The notes: generated from the sequence alone by a model not told the origin. A stretch of 63,997 nucleotides of DNA, filler included, from Reticulomyxa filosa (GCA_000512085.1; 19 parts of 19 records of this genome joined end to end with filler, not necessarily neighbours in it), one strand, 5' to 3'. Positions 13,713 to 26,370 are shown, counted from the first letter of the whole stretch. Program-made: numbers and translations.

Positions 13713-14471
13713 TTTTTTTTTAATTTTGAATATTGGTTCTTTTTCTAGGGGAGTACTTTTGAGGGAGCATGCAAGACTACGTCGCATGCATTTTTGTTTG
13801 CGGGGATAGCTCTTGTACGAAACATTGTACATGCACAACTTTTACACAAGACAACAGACGCTGCAACTAATAGAACTACAAAAGATAAAACTTTCGCACA
13901 TAATTTCTAACAGTTCATTTATTTCTTCATGTCCATTTAGTAACCAAACGGAACATCGAAAAGCTTAGGCTGCATTTACTCTGCTTTGAAAATATACTTT
14001 CTCTGGCTTCGTACAAGAGAAATAGAACAACGTATAACATTAACATTATTTTGGCTCAAACTCCCCTTTTGACATTTTTTTTTATTATTGTGATTTACAT
14101 GCTGAAATAATTCAATATTAACACACAAAAGAATTCGTCGAATTGCAATGCATACTATGTTTACTGTCATTGTAAAAAAATCAACACTTATAAAAATTTT
14201 TTCGAAGAAAAAGAAAATACACAACGAAAAAATTGTCAACGTAATATTAAGTAAAGTAGTTGTTTTATTTTAAAAAANNNNNNNNNNNNNNNNNNNNNNN
14301 NNNNNNNNNNNNNNNNNNNNNTTAATTAATTAANNNNNNNNNNNNNNNNNNNNNNNNNNNNNNNNNNNNNNNNNNNNTGCGAGAGTTTGTTGCGTCTATC
14401 TATCTATCTCTTTATCATTGACAAGTAAGAAGGGAGAATAAATCATTGACTAATGAATGTCCTCTTTAACA

Positions 14472-14934
14472 GTGTTTTGTCTAAAGTGGCTCAACGTGAG
14501 GCTAGAGAAGTGGATAATGTCGATGGGCATTGTGTCGTTAGTCGTTGGACTACTGACGCTGACTGCAATTCTGCATCATCCAAAAGTGGACTCTCCACAG
14601 TTGTACGAGATGACTACAGAAGGGCTGCTGGCCAGTGTCCCCCCTCAAGACGAATTGTGTGAATGAGTTATACGACACGAGACGTCTGTTCAACGCAAGT
14701 GCAAAGGAGTGGTCATATCAAATCAACACATTCTTTTTGAGCCGTGAGGACATGCCATATCTGTACGACGATCCAAGTCCACAAAACGCCGAAGGCGACC
14801 AGGCAGCTACAGTACAATTGGATCATGCCCCCGCTGAGTCAATTCAAAGCCTCATTTCGCGAATATGCATTCCCTGTCATCGACTACCCTATCCTTCCAT
14901 TTTTTTTAAAAGTCCAAAAAAAATCAAGTTTTGA
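14472..14934 (+). CDS. Probable coding fragment of a membrane protein, with a possible homopolymer frameshift near 14640
   Basis: GC-richer island with a TM-like segment MGIVSLVVGLLTLTAIL; overlapping ORFs 14457-14666 and 14635-14934. Confidence 0.35.
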
Positions 14935-15355
14935 TCCAACAAAAAAAAAAATACGTATACTACTTTCAAAAAAAAAAAGTGCAAGAATTTGTCCCAAAGA
15001 TGGAAAGGAGGGGGGAGGGAGGATGGAAAGGAAAAAGTATACGTATATATATGTATATATGTGTGTATTGACTTTTGGAATGTAAGTTCCATTGAAAGCT
15101 TTGATTGATTGAAAGACATATTACAAAGGTATCTCACAACGTTACTGAAATGTTTTGAACAAAACACTTAACAAAAAACGAAAGAGTAGGTTGAGTTATA
15201 CAAACTCAAAGAAATATACTATCCCAAATTTCTAGACATTCCTTCTCGTCAGTACACAAGAATGTTAACTATCGTTACAAAATGAAAGCCTTACAAACCA
15301 AAATTGAAACTTTTCTCGCTTTGTGAAATAACTGTTAATCAAATGTAATATTGTA

Positions 15356-15643
15356 TTACATAAATACTTTAGTAATACAAGATATATTGGCACGATAAAT
15401 TGAACATATTGTTACAAGTTTTGAACAATTTTCACACATACATAAATATCCACAAGGAATTATGATATGTGTTTTTGGTTCTGACCAGCATAAGTTGCAG
15501 AAACTTTCGTATTCTTTTTCGCTAGAATCGAATTCAACTTTTCGAACTTCTCTTTTTGCGCTTGTCTTTGTGTTGGTTTGTACACATTTTTTTTCATTTA
15601 TTTTGGTAATTGTATATTTTTTTTTCCCGATTTTATAAATCAT
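15356..15643 (-). pseudogene. Degenerate C-terminal C3HC4 RING finger (IAP/MGRN-type)
   Basis: CNLC..THIIIPCGYLCMCENC..TICSIYR; the His ligand and the final Cys are replaced (CGH>CGY, CPICR>CSIYR). Confidence 0.65.
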
Positions 15644-16011
15644 TGATTTATGTATTTTTAATTCATCAATAATTTTGCATGTATGGATCGGGAAAGCTTG
15701 CCACTTTTTTTTTTTTAAAAAAATTCCTATTTGATATCATTTACATCTATTATTAAAAAAAATAAAAAAGATTAAAATAAATATTATAATTTCTGTAAAT
15801 CTTTTAATGTCCTTAATTTCACTGGTTATTGTGTTTAATTGGAAGCGATTTTTTTGTAATTCAGTATATCCTCGAATATATCTTTATTTCGATCTATAAA
15901 TATATATATGCNNNNNNNNNNNNNNNNNNNNNNNNNNNNNNNNNNNNNNNNNNNNTTAATTAATTAANNNNNNNNNNNNNNNNNNNNNNNNNNNNNNNNN
16001 NNNNNNNNNNN

Positions 16012-16096
16012 TCTTGTTACAGGAACAGATATTTCATCTGATGGTAATACAATAGTATCATCATCTAATGATTTTACAATTCGAATTTGGGAATAA
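16012..16096 (+). CDS. 3' end of a WD40-repeat gene
   Basis: LVTGTDISSDGNTIVSSSNDFTIRIWE*. Confidence 0.8.
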
Positions 16097-16812
16097 ATAA
16101 ATACATTTTTTTAAAAAAATAAAATGAAATTGAAGTTGTTGTATATCATTTCGTAATATTTGAAAGATTTTTTTGTTACTTTTAAAATAGCCTTGGCATT
16201 ATATATTTGATTTCTAATATTGTCATAATTATAGTTTTATTCTATTTTATCTATTGCATGCAAAAGGGAGGGTTATAATTTACATTAAAATTGTTATAAT
16301 CAAAACAAAAGATAACAACGAATAAAATAATATTTGTAACAAATGAGATTATTCAAGGTGACTTTTAAAAAAATATTTTCATCAAAAGCACAATTACACT
16401 ATTGCTTAATTCGATCAGATCTCATCAATTGATAGCACTTTGCGAATTTTTACTTATATTTTAACATAACAAATTTTTTTTGATAAAAAAAGAAAATCAA
16501 ACGAATAAAAGCAATAATAGAAAAATATAACACTGTTGATGTTAGAATAACTTTTGTTCTTTTGCTTATGACAACTTTAGGTTGATACTTAGAAAGAATT
16601 AAATAAAAAATAGTTCCAGATGAGCTGTCAAAATCTTTTTCTTATAAACAATACGTTAAAAAACAAATTGTATTAGCAAAAATTACACAAAGAAAGAGTC
16701 AACAGGGAGAAAAGTTTACATCGGAGATTCCCCAAAATTTCAAAGCACAAACTCCAATAATATAATCTCTAATCAAAAGACTCATAGCAAAGACAAAGAA
16801 GTATTTGAAGCA

Positions 16813-19800
16813 ATGAATGAATCAAAGGAAGAAGAAAAGAAAGAAATCGATCAAACCGGAATGGCTCCAATTCCTTTCAACATTCAGTCCTGCTTTGACA
16901 AGAACTGGGTTATGCACCTAAACCAATCAGAACATATTAATCATTTTATTTGCGTAATCTGCAAGCGAGTTGCCAATAGCCCAGTTGAAATTAACTGTCC
17001 TCAACACGAAGATATGGACGAAACATTGATAGCAGGTGAGAATTGCTTGAAGCAATTTATTACCAACAATAGCACGTGTCCGATCCAACCCCATGATGAT
17101 TGTCAGTACTCTGTAATCAAGCCAATGCGACGACTAATTAATGATTTGACAGTTATTTGTCCAAGACAATTTCAACAAGAATTACAAACTTCTGGAAGAA
17201 ATGAAGAGGGACAAACATTTGGATCAATGGCAGTAATTTGTGATTTCAAAGGCAAAATAAAAGATATAAGCGATCATTTGAATAAATCATGTGTTTTAAA
17301 ATTAGTAGATTGCTGGTTTAAAGAATTTAACTGCAGTTATTCGTGTCAAGAGCAAGAATTAGAAAAACATTTGAATTCAAACATGAAACAACATTTCGAT
17401 TTAGTTATGACGAAATTTGCATCGATGCAGCGGACTATACAACAACAACAAGTTATATCTACTTTTGGTATTTTCTTTTACTTTAGTGGCTTAAAATTAT
17501 ACAAAAGAAACATATTTCTAGGAAGAGATAGAGAAGCTACAGCTGAAAAATGAAAAACTAAAATCATATATTGAAGTGGTCGAAGAAGAGTATAAAAAAG
17601 ACGATCCATATGATGCCGAAGATATAGATGAAGAAGAACAAGGAGATGATAATGGTGATGATGGTGATGACAGTGATGAAGAGAATGGTAATTTTAATGA
17701 TGGGGTTGATGATAATAATTACAGTGATGGAGATGATGATAATCACAGTGATGGAAATGATGACAATCACAGTGATGGAAATAATGATAATCACAGTGAT
17801 GGAAATAATGATAATCACAGTGATGGAAATGATGGTAATTCTGATGGTGGGGTTGACAGTAATGCGAATGACAGTGATGGAAATGATGGTAATTCTGATG
17901 GTAGGGTTGACAGTAATGCGAATGACAGTGATGATATTGACGACAGTGACAATAATCAAGAAGGAGAAAAAGAAAAAGATGATAATGAAAACTATGAACA
18001 TATGAATCGAGCAACTGTGTTTGAAACTTTAGCCCCTTTGCCTACCCGCTCAAAGATACCCAATGCATAGCATATAAAAACGAAATAATCATGTGTGGGG
18101 GTAGAAATAATCGAAATTGCTATTCTTATCACACAATCAAAGATAAATATAAGCTTATATGTGAGTATCCATTTAAAGAAAGTGGACATTGTGTGGTGAA
18201 GCTTGTTAATAATGACAACTGCAAAAACGCAAATGAAATGACTTTGTTGTCTTTTGGTGGATATCCTAAACATACATTGGTGATGAAATATATAAGTGTT
18301 TGGGAAAATGAAAATGAGCAGAAGCAATTATCAATAGATTACAATATATGGGAACCTTTAATGGATAGCCATGATAATGAAATTTCCATTGGAAATGAAG
18401 AAGATGATTATTACAAGGTACGTGCAGTGATTGGTGGACGCAATCATAATTTGTTATTTATTACTCGTTACAGCAGTTACATTGATGTGTTTGATTTAAA
18501 CACATTTCAATTTATTAAACGCGATACTTTACCAGGTGGTTATGTACACTCTCAATGCTTTGTATCCAAATCAGAAAATATAATGTTGCTATTTTGTTGG
18601 AATCTGGGATTATCTATTGAATATGATGAAATTAATAATACATTTCAGTATCAAGAATTACAAGTAAACGAAAATATTGAAGTAATTTGTGCATATGTAT
18701 ACATTTGTGCCAGCGATCTTATTTTATTTTTTGGTGGTAAATATGAAGGATTTGCAAATGAAATTTACCAATATTCAATTATTGACAACCAATGGTCAAA
18801 ATTTAAAAAAAACTTTCCTCTTACATTAAAACATTGTGTTGGAATATTGAATGATGACAACAAATTTATACATGTTGTCGGAATATATAAGGACACAGAC
18901 ACGTATATCGGCCATCTTTTAAATCAAGCTATCCCAAAACATATAAAAATAAACACAAGTGAGTTATTGGAAAATAAAAAACAATGGATTATGGAAAAAG
19001 AGTTGCTACAAATTGAACAAATATATCATGAATTTGAAGATATGGACAAAATTGATATTTCATTTAAAGTTATAGGTTTATTTTGTGCATTCCAAAAAAA
19101 AAAAAAAAAAAAAACAAAAAAAAAAATTATTACATATGCAATATAATACGTTACATATGAAAATAAAAGAAAAAAGAAATTGAAATGATAATTAAATATT
19201 GGATGAAGTCACTATTAATCAATAACATTGAATGGATTGACTATTTTAACGTAATCATTTTACGATATATTTTGGTATGATATGTACAAATATGCATTTT
19301 AGAATATTTTTTTTTATTTTTTTATTTTTACATTCAACACACATAAAACATATAGCATAAATATTTCAAGCAATGCGGACTATTCAACGTACGCACCGAT
19401 CAAATAAACAGTGTAAGATTTTCTCCTGACGGCACAAAAATCGTATTATCTTTAAAAGATAGTACTATTCAACTATGGAGCACCAACCCAAACATTTCTG
19501 ACAGTAGAGAAATAAAAGGACATTCAGGTTGCGTAAATGACGCACAATTCTCACATGACGGGACTATGATTGTGTCGTGCTCAAAAGACAAAACAATTCG
19601 ATTATGGGATGTAAGTTCATGCAATGAAATAAAAAGATTTGAAGATTATTCACGTAATAGCATAAGAAGTGTACAGTTTTCATCAGATAAAAAGATAATA
19701 GTAGCATCTAGTATTATAACGGCAAGAATTTGGGATATACAATCTGAAAAATTGATTAAAGTACTGCGTGATGGTGATTGTATTTTGGATGCAAGAATTT

Positions 19801-20240
19801 TACCGAATAATCACAAAATCTTTGTGGCAACAGCATATTTTAGAACAATTACCTTTGACATGATATCCAATAAAGCAACAGGCATAACATGGAAAAATTT
19901 TTTTGCACAGACTGCACAATTTTCTCCTGACGGTTTATCTATTATATCTTGTTTAGAAAATAATACAATTGCGCTATGGGATGTAATGTCTGGAGCTAAA
20001 GTGAAACAATGGGAAAGATATTTTCGTCCAATAAAAGAGAAATATTTTCCGTCTGGACAAATGATACTAATATGCTGTGAAGATAATACTATGCGCTTGT
20101 GGGACATAGAATTTGGAGTGGAAATACAAAAGCTGGAAGGACATTCCGAAGAAATAAAAGTATTTGATATTTCACCCGATGAAAATACTATTGTGTCATT
20201 ATCTAATGATGACACAATTCGATTATGGAAAGTGGTATAA
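16813..20240 (+). CDS. Multidomain protein: RING-like + TRAF-type Zn finger, coiled coil, acidic repeat, Kelch-like propeller, linker, WD40 propeller (4 exons, one 1-bp frameshift near 18046)
   Basis: Exons 16813-17451, 17522-19068, 19170-19274 and 19356-20240 with in-phase GT-AG introns. Motifs FICVICKRVAN..CPQH..GENCL..CPIQPH; CDFKG..DHLNKSC..CWFKEFNC; LPTP(fs)LKDTQCIAYKNEIIMCGG..LLSFGG; about 7 WD40 repeats. Confidence 0.8.
17700..17945 (+). repeat. Coding tandem repeats: 21-nt unit (DNHSDGN-like) about 5 times, then a 48-nt unit twice
   Basis: gataatcacagtgatggaaat units; SDGNDGNSDG(G/R)VDSNAND duplicated. Confidence 0.85.
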
Positions 20241-20499
20241 ACCTCTTTTACTATTGCACTAAAAAAGATTTGAAATTTTTTAAACAATTGTTCAAAGAGG
20301 TGCTTCTTTTTAAAAAACAATTACAAAAATTTGAATTAAAAATAAAGATGGAAGATAGTGTTCGATAAAGTTTGTAAAGAATACTGTATTCTTAAGAAAG
20401 AATCTGAATAAACTAAACAAAAACTCTAAAGCCACTGAATAAAATTTTGAATTTTTTGTACTTTTCTAAAAGGGAAACTCTTTTTCATATCTCAATTTT

Positions 20500-20990
20500 A
20501 AAAAAATCTAGTTGCGTCAACTCAATATGCGCTATATACTCAATAAAACAAGCTTACTGTGAGTGTCCAAGCTGTTGTATAAAGCTAGTAAATAACTACA
20601 ATGGAACCACTTTATTGTCTTTTGGTAGAGATCATTCAAATATACTGGTGCAACTGCTTATTCTTCGATATCCCAAAAACGAATGGTTTTGTCATGTAAT
20701 GATATTGTGAAAATTTACACAATTCATGTTATTAAATGCCTATTGGATGATTGGATTAATTCATTATTTTCTACATTCTATAAATGGACTGTTTCACCGT
20801 CTAATTCAAAACAAATGAATTGATCACCATCGAATGTGATGCAATCAATACTATTCACAAGTGTTGTGTCCAGTGAAAGTTTTGAGCAATTTAGATAATG
20901 ACTGAAATATCTCCAATATGAAAAAATTGGCTGCCGTTTAAATTGCAAACACAATAAAAATAACAAAAAAAATTTGTTATCTAATAAAAT
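20500..20990. pseudogene. Decayed Kelch-like fragment (+) and decayed WD40 fragment (-)
   Basis: CECPSCCIKLVNNYNGTTLLSFG (+) resembles 18160-18260; LVNSIDCITFDGDQFICFELDGETVHL* (-). Confidence 0.55.
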
Positions 20991-21721
20991 AAAAACTTAA
21001 CGTATTTAACAGTTTGTTCCATTCAAATTTAATGGTAATTGTTTGAACATAAATTATAAGTTTAATGGGTTTGTATGCTGCTTTTTCAAAGTACTTTATT
21101 GTAAAGATCTTTGATGCACAAAGCGTGGATTGCTGTTTCTTTAGATTGTAGTAATTATGTCATACTCTTGCAGAGACCATGATTTATCATCTAAACAGGG
21201 CAAATTTTTACTTGCTCTAGATTAGAATGAAATTTTTGTAACATTAATTCATCCTTCTGTTTTTGATTTGAAGACAGAAAGAAAAAAAGGAAGGAACTTT
21301 TGCAATTATTGAATATTCATGATAATAAAATCTCATCTCTTTTTCAGGATCTACTGCAAATTAAAAATTTCGTCATTACTAAAAACTTTGGAGTGACATT
21401 CCTTAAAAGAGAAATGACTAATGTCGCGACCAAATATTTTTTTACTTTAAAAAGTAATCATTTGAGCAAAAGAAATAATATTGTTTCACTTGTTTTTTTT
21501 TTTTTTTTTTTGGTTTAAGAGATTGTCCTTTTTACAGAATATTCAAAGTACTATGATTTTAATCATAGTACTTTTTTTTTTTGAAATTGTATTTAAAGTG
21601 ATTTTAAGAAAAAGAAAAAAANNNNNNNNNNNNNNNNNNNNNNNNNNNNNNNNNNNNNNNNNNNNTTAATTAATTAANNNNNNNNNNNNNNNNNNNNNNN
21701 NNNNNNNNNNNNNNNNNNNNN

Positions 21722-23030
21722 TCATTATCATCGGGTGACAATTCGTCGCCTTCTTTCAAAGTCTTGGTTTTGGCGCTTGATTTGGCTTTAACCTTGGCTT
21801 GATGTTTGTGTTTCACCACATCGTTTGCACTGCCGTCTTTTTTATCAATGTGCAATGTGGGCACTCCTGGATTTACCACGTCATTTGTATTGGCATCATC
21901 TGACGCTTCACTTTTTTTGACCGGTTTTTCCGACCCTGTCTTTCCAGTTTTTTCCTTTCCTTTCTCTTTTTTTTTTATTTTTAATTTCTGGATTTCTTCA
22001 AGCTGTTCCATGGTATACTTGAAAGTACTTTTCAATGTATTGAGGTCTTCCTTGTCATCGTCTGATGCTTCACTCTCTTCCTCCTCATCTTCGTGTGAAT
22101 CTACTTTTGCTGTATTTTGATCCGATGGTACTTGTGATGTGTTTTCTGCTATTTTTTGTTCGCTCTGTGTTTCTGTGGTCACATCTCCAGGACCTGCTTC
22201 GATAACATGTACATTTGCTCCTGTATTGCTTTGTCCTGCTGTTTGTTCTCCTATTCCTCCTACTATCTCTTCTTTATTCTTGTTAGGTTGTTTCTTTGGT
22301 TGGGCCTCACTAGCTTCATCTGACGAACTCAATGTTTCTTTGCCACTTCCCACGTCGCTTGTCTCACCGTCGCTTTGCACGGGAGGATTTTTTGCTGTCT
22401 TGTGCGCTCTCGATTTTTTCGTTGGCTTTTTTGATTTGTTCTTCTTGTCCATACCTGCCCACTGCAAAAACGCTTCATGCTCTTCAATCGTCAATGTTTT
22501 TGAAAACCACGCCATTTTTATCAATTCTTCTGCATTAGCACGATGTTGGGCTTCTTTCACGAAACAACGGTTTAAAAATCCTTCAAACAACTATTTCATT
22601 ATTGTTATTATTATATATTTTTTTATTTTTTAAATCAATAAATTATATTTTAATGTTTAATTAATTTATATATCATACAAATCAATTTGCAATACAAATG
22701 TACAGATTGAGCAAATATGCGAATACAAGTACAATTGCTTCCACTCATTTGTTTGTATCAAATAGTACATCACAAAAAAAAAAAAACACATAAACATAAC
22801 TTGAGAGATTTGAGGAGGATAAGGTGGATGTCTATCTTGGACAATTCGAAACAAGGCAGTAAGTGGCTGCATGTTGAAATAAGGAGGATGTCCTGTGAAC
22901 AGTTCGATCGCCGTTGCACCGATTCCCCATATGTCGCATGCCGTGGTCAACTGTCCACTCATCTCAATGACTTCAGGGGCCATCCAATATGGACTTCCTG
23001 CCACGTTATCGTCTTCTTCAATGTCTATTG
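21722..23030 (-). CDS. STE-group Ser/Thr kinase, Cdc15/Cdc7/MAP3K-epsilon-like (internal fragment)
   Basis: [56 protein letters not shown]; intron 22591-22800; [20 protein letters not shown] then a charged tail. Confidence 0.88.
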
Positions 23031-23045
23031 TTTTAAAAGTTGGGT

Positions 23046-23084
<39 letters not shown>

Positions 23085-23186
23085 AANNNNNNNNNNNNNN
23101 NNNNNNNNNNNNNNNNNNNNNNNNNNNNNNTTAATTAATTAANNNNNNNNNNNNNNNNNNNNNNNNNNNNNNNNNNNNNNNNNNNN

Positions 23187-24641
23187 ATACCGCAAAGGTT
23201 TCTGCGAATTTCAGTGATGATCTCTTGATTGATATATTGTTCAGTGCATCCTAAGACACCGCATTTCACTTCATTGTAATGATGAGCCCAGCCCGCCAAT
23301 GCCATCCAAATGAACTCTTGAAAGTGTTCAAACTGGTTAACAGAAACATTTCCTTCTACCTCTACAATCAAATAATGACCACCTCCTTTTTTTTTTTTTT
23401 TTTCCATCCCCCCCCCCCCCCCCAAAAAAAAACAAACAAACAAAAGAACTGGAAAGATGTTGTTGACGACAAGTAAAAAATCGTTGGGTGTTGGAATACA
23501 GCCAAAGGATATCTGCAGCAGCAGCAAGGTATTGGCGTGTTGGAATATGTTGGAGCGCGGCTAACATTTGTGCAGCTTGAGCGAGTTTGTTTCGAATGAT
23601 TTGTAGACTCTCATTGGGATTTTTGTCAACGCTAGTGCTTTGATACATCTTCAAAAATGGCTCGTAACACTCTTCACTCAGTTTTGATTTTAGACAGTTC
23701 AACGTTCGTTTCATCAAAGACTCCTTTTTTTTTTTTTTTTGGAGTAGGTCATTAAAGAAGGAGAACGAATACTCGAATATTTTTATTTTTGTGTCGGACA
23801 AACCTCGTCACTCCATAAACGGGCGATGATTTCATGGGTGTCTAAAAATCGCAACGGCGGGAGAAAATCCAATTGACTTGTGTGATCGGACTCGAAGTGA
23901 TACAATTGCGATTTTCTGTGGCTTTCAGTGCACGCCTTGGCTAACGACGCTTGCCCACAAGAAGCCATGAGTTGCTTATCTTGTTCAATGACCTCATCGT
24001 CCACTTGCATTTGTCCCTTAATTAGCTCGTCCATTGTGCTCACTTGATGGCGTTCATTCAATGACATCGACTTGCACATCCCACGACACGAGTGTCCAAT
24101 TGCGCTTTGTCCCAAATCCTTGTAGTTTTCATCCAAACTTTTTGCACGCTTCCAATAGCATTTCAAGCGATCCAGTGTTACTGCTATTGCACGTTGTCGA
24201 CGACGTCTATATTTATTTTTTGTTATTTGTGAAAAGAATACGTATACACACATATATGTATATATATATATATATATATATAAATATATAATATGATATA
24301 TGAATATAAAGAATGGAGAAACACAAAAAGGACTTGATTCGTTTTACATCACGATAAGCATCGCCAAGCTCATAGACAACATTTTTCTAAGAAACAAATA
24401 CATTGCACACGGCAGCGGCTGAACAACGAAAAGGGACGAAACAAAGGTTACCGTCAACTCGTTGTGATGCATCAAGTGATGCAGCTGGAAGGGGAACTCG
24501 TTGTACTCACTTTTGATGAACGCCGCAATATTGCTGAGGTAGACTTTGAGCCACTCTGGGCAATGATCTATTACTTGTCTTTTTTTTTGTCCAGCCATCA
24601 TAAACCGTACACGTATATATACATACATATACATATATACG

Positions 24642-24673
<32 letters not shown>

Positions 24674-26370
24674 CATAGAATACAAAAAAAAAATAAATTT
24701 AGTTTATCCTTTTCATTTTGTGGTGTGTATAATGAACAAAAAAGACGAGTTGGCACGGAAGGGGAAAAAAAGAAAAAAGTCAATTCACCTCGACAGTGCT
24801 AATTCTCGAAGCGGCTTTTCGTCTTGCCAAGTAAATTGGCGAACGGATGCATTCAATAACATCGTCACTCGTTGCAAGAATCCATGATGTCTTCACTCAA
24901 ATCGCGCATACACACACGTACATAATATATTGTGTATGTGCATATGTTTATGTCACACTGCAAAAGTTAACTCTTGCAAATAGCTGTCTTCCATGTTGCT
25001 GTCTTTGAAGTGAATATAAGTACCTTCACATAACGACGTGCCACTTTTTTTTTTTTTTAAAAAAAAAAAAAGAAAGGGGGAATATACGTATACCAAACAA
25101 ACAATCAAAGCAAGCAAAAAAAAAAAAAAAAAAATGGACAGCATCCAAAACGTATACAAAAGATACAACAAACCAAATTGGCAAAAAGGGAAAAAAGATA
25201 CAATAATGATCCAACAAAACGCACATACCACAAGCAAACAGCCTCTGCACACAATTGAGGATTGTCAGAAAACCATTCGTAATGGACAGTAATTTCGTCG
25301 CCTTTGGCAATTGGTTCAATGGAAAACAAGCCTAATGCATAGCGATATTGATGTTGCGTCTCATTTACTGCGGTAATAAAAGGCCGAATCTTTTTTTTTT
25401 TGTGTGTGTGTTGTTATTTGTTTTGTATGAGTTGTAACAATTTTGTATGTGTGTGTGTGTGGATATGTGTGTAAAAATGTGGTTGCAAAACGTAACAGCG
25501 CAATTGGGTTTGCAACTGTTGTTGATTCGCTGGGTCCAATGGACATCACAAACATCTGGTGAATTACTGAAAAAGCCCAACAAATCAAACTCTGATTCAT
25601 CAAAAGTGCCAAACTCTTTTTCAATGCAAAACACTCGATTTTGCAACAATGGTTCTATTTGCGAGGTCTTGCAATTTTTTTTGCGTATACGTATATAATG
25701 TTACATATTATTGCAAATAAAGGTATATGTGTATACAAAAAGGGGTGAAATGATCAATCTAACTTACACAGTGCAAACGTTGTCGAGCGCAGTTTGTTTC
25801 ACACCATCGCCATGGTGTCATCAATTCACCATGCAACTCCGTCTTTCAAACAAAAAAAAAAAGGCAAGAAAACGAACAAGCCATTGAAAACACACAAAAC
25901 AAAACAAAACAAAACAAAGATCATTCTTCTTACCAGAAATGAAAAAGGTTCGAGTGGCGCCTCAGATGCCCATACTACACCAAATCCCTTTGAACTTACC
26001 ACGTAATCGGAACCTAGTCCATTATATACATACATACGCATATATATTTTTTTAAATTTCGTGTACGTAATCACAGTATACAGAATAAAGTGCAAGGAAG
26101 GTCGATCCTCCTTATGTATACGTATATGCATATATATGTATACATATATATATATATTTTTTTTTTTTGTTAACTATTTCTGCACACAATATCGAACAAT
26201 TGCTTCAATGGTGATAAGATCCTTTTCAACGAAATGGACATTTCTTCTTCATCTTCTTCATTTTTTACGGCGTACATGAAGCCAACAGCGCCAATGCCAT
26301 TTTTCAAACCACTTTCCACTGCTCCAATGCCCTCTCTGATTGCCTCCAACATCGCACAATCTACACTTGT
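23187..26370 (-). CDS. ATXR3/SDG2-like SET-domain histone lysine methyltransferase (multi-exon fragment)
   Basis: YVVSSKGFGVV; RINNSCKPNC; GLFSIEPIAKGDEITVHY; post-SET VCLC|GTSLCEGTY; ATXR3-type C-terminal motifs CPEWLKVY..FIKSE, QRAIAVTLDRLK, PPLRFL..LWSDE, AAADILWLYSNTQRFF. Confidence 0.85.

Noticed and set aside
17564-18014. Hydrophobic Ile/Thr-rich and His/Cys-rich ORFs in alternative frames
   Set aside because: Shadows of the acidic tandem repeat in the real plus-strand exon
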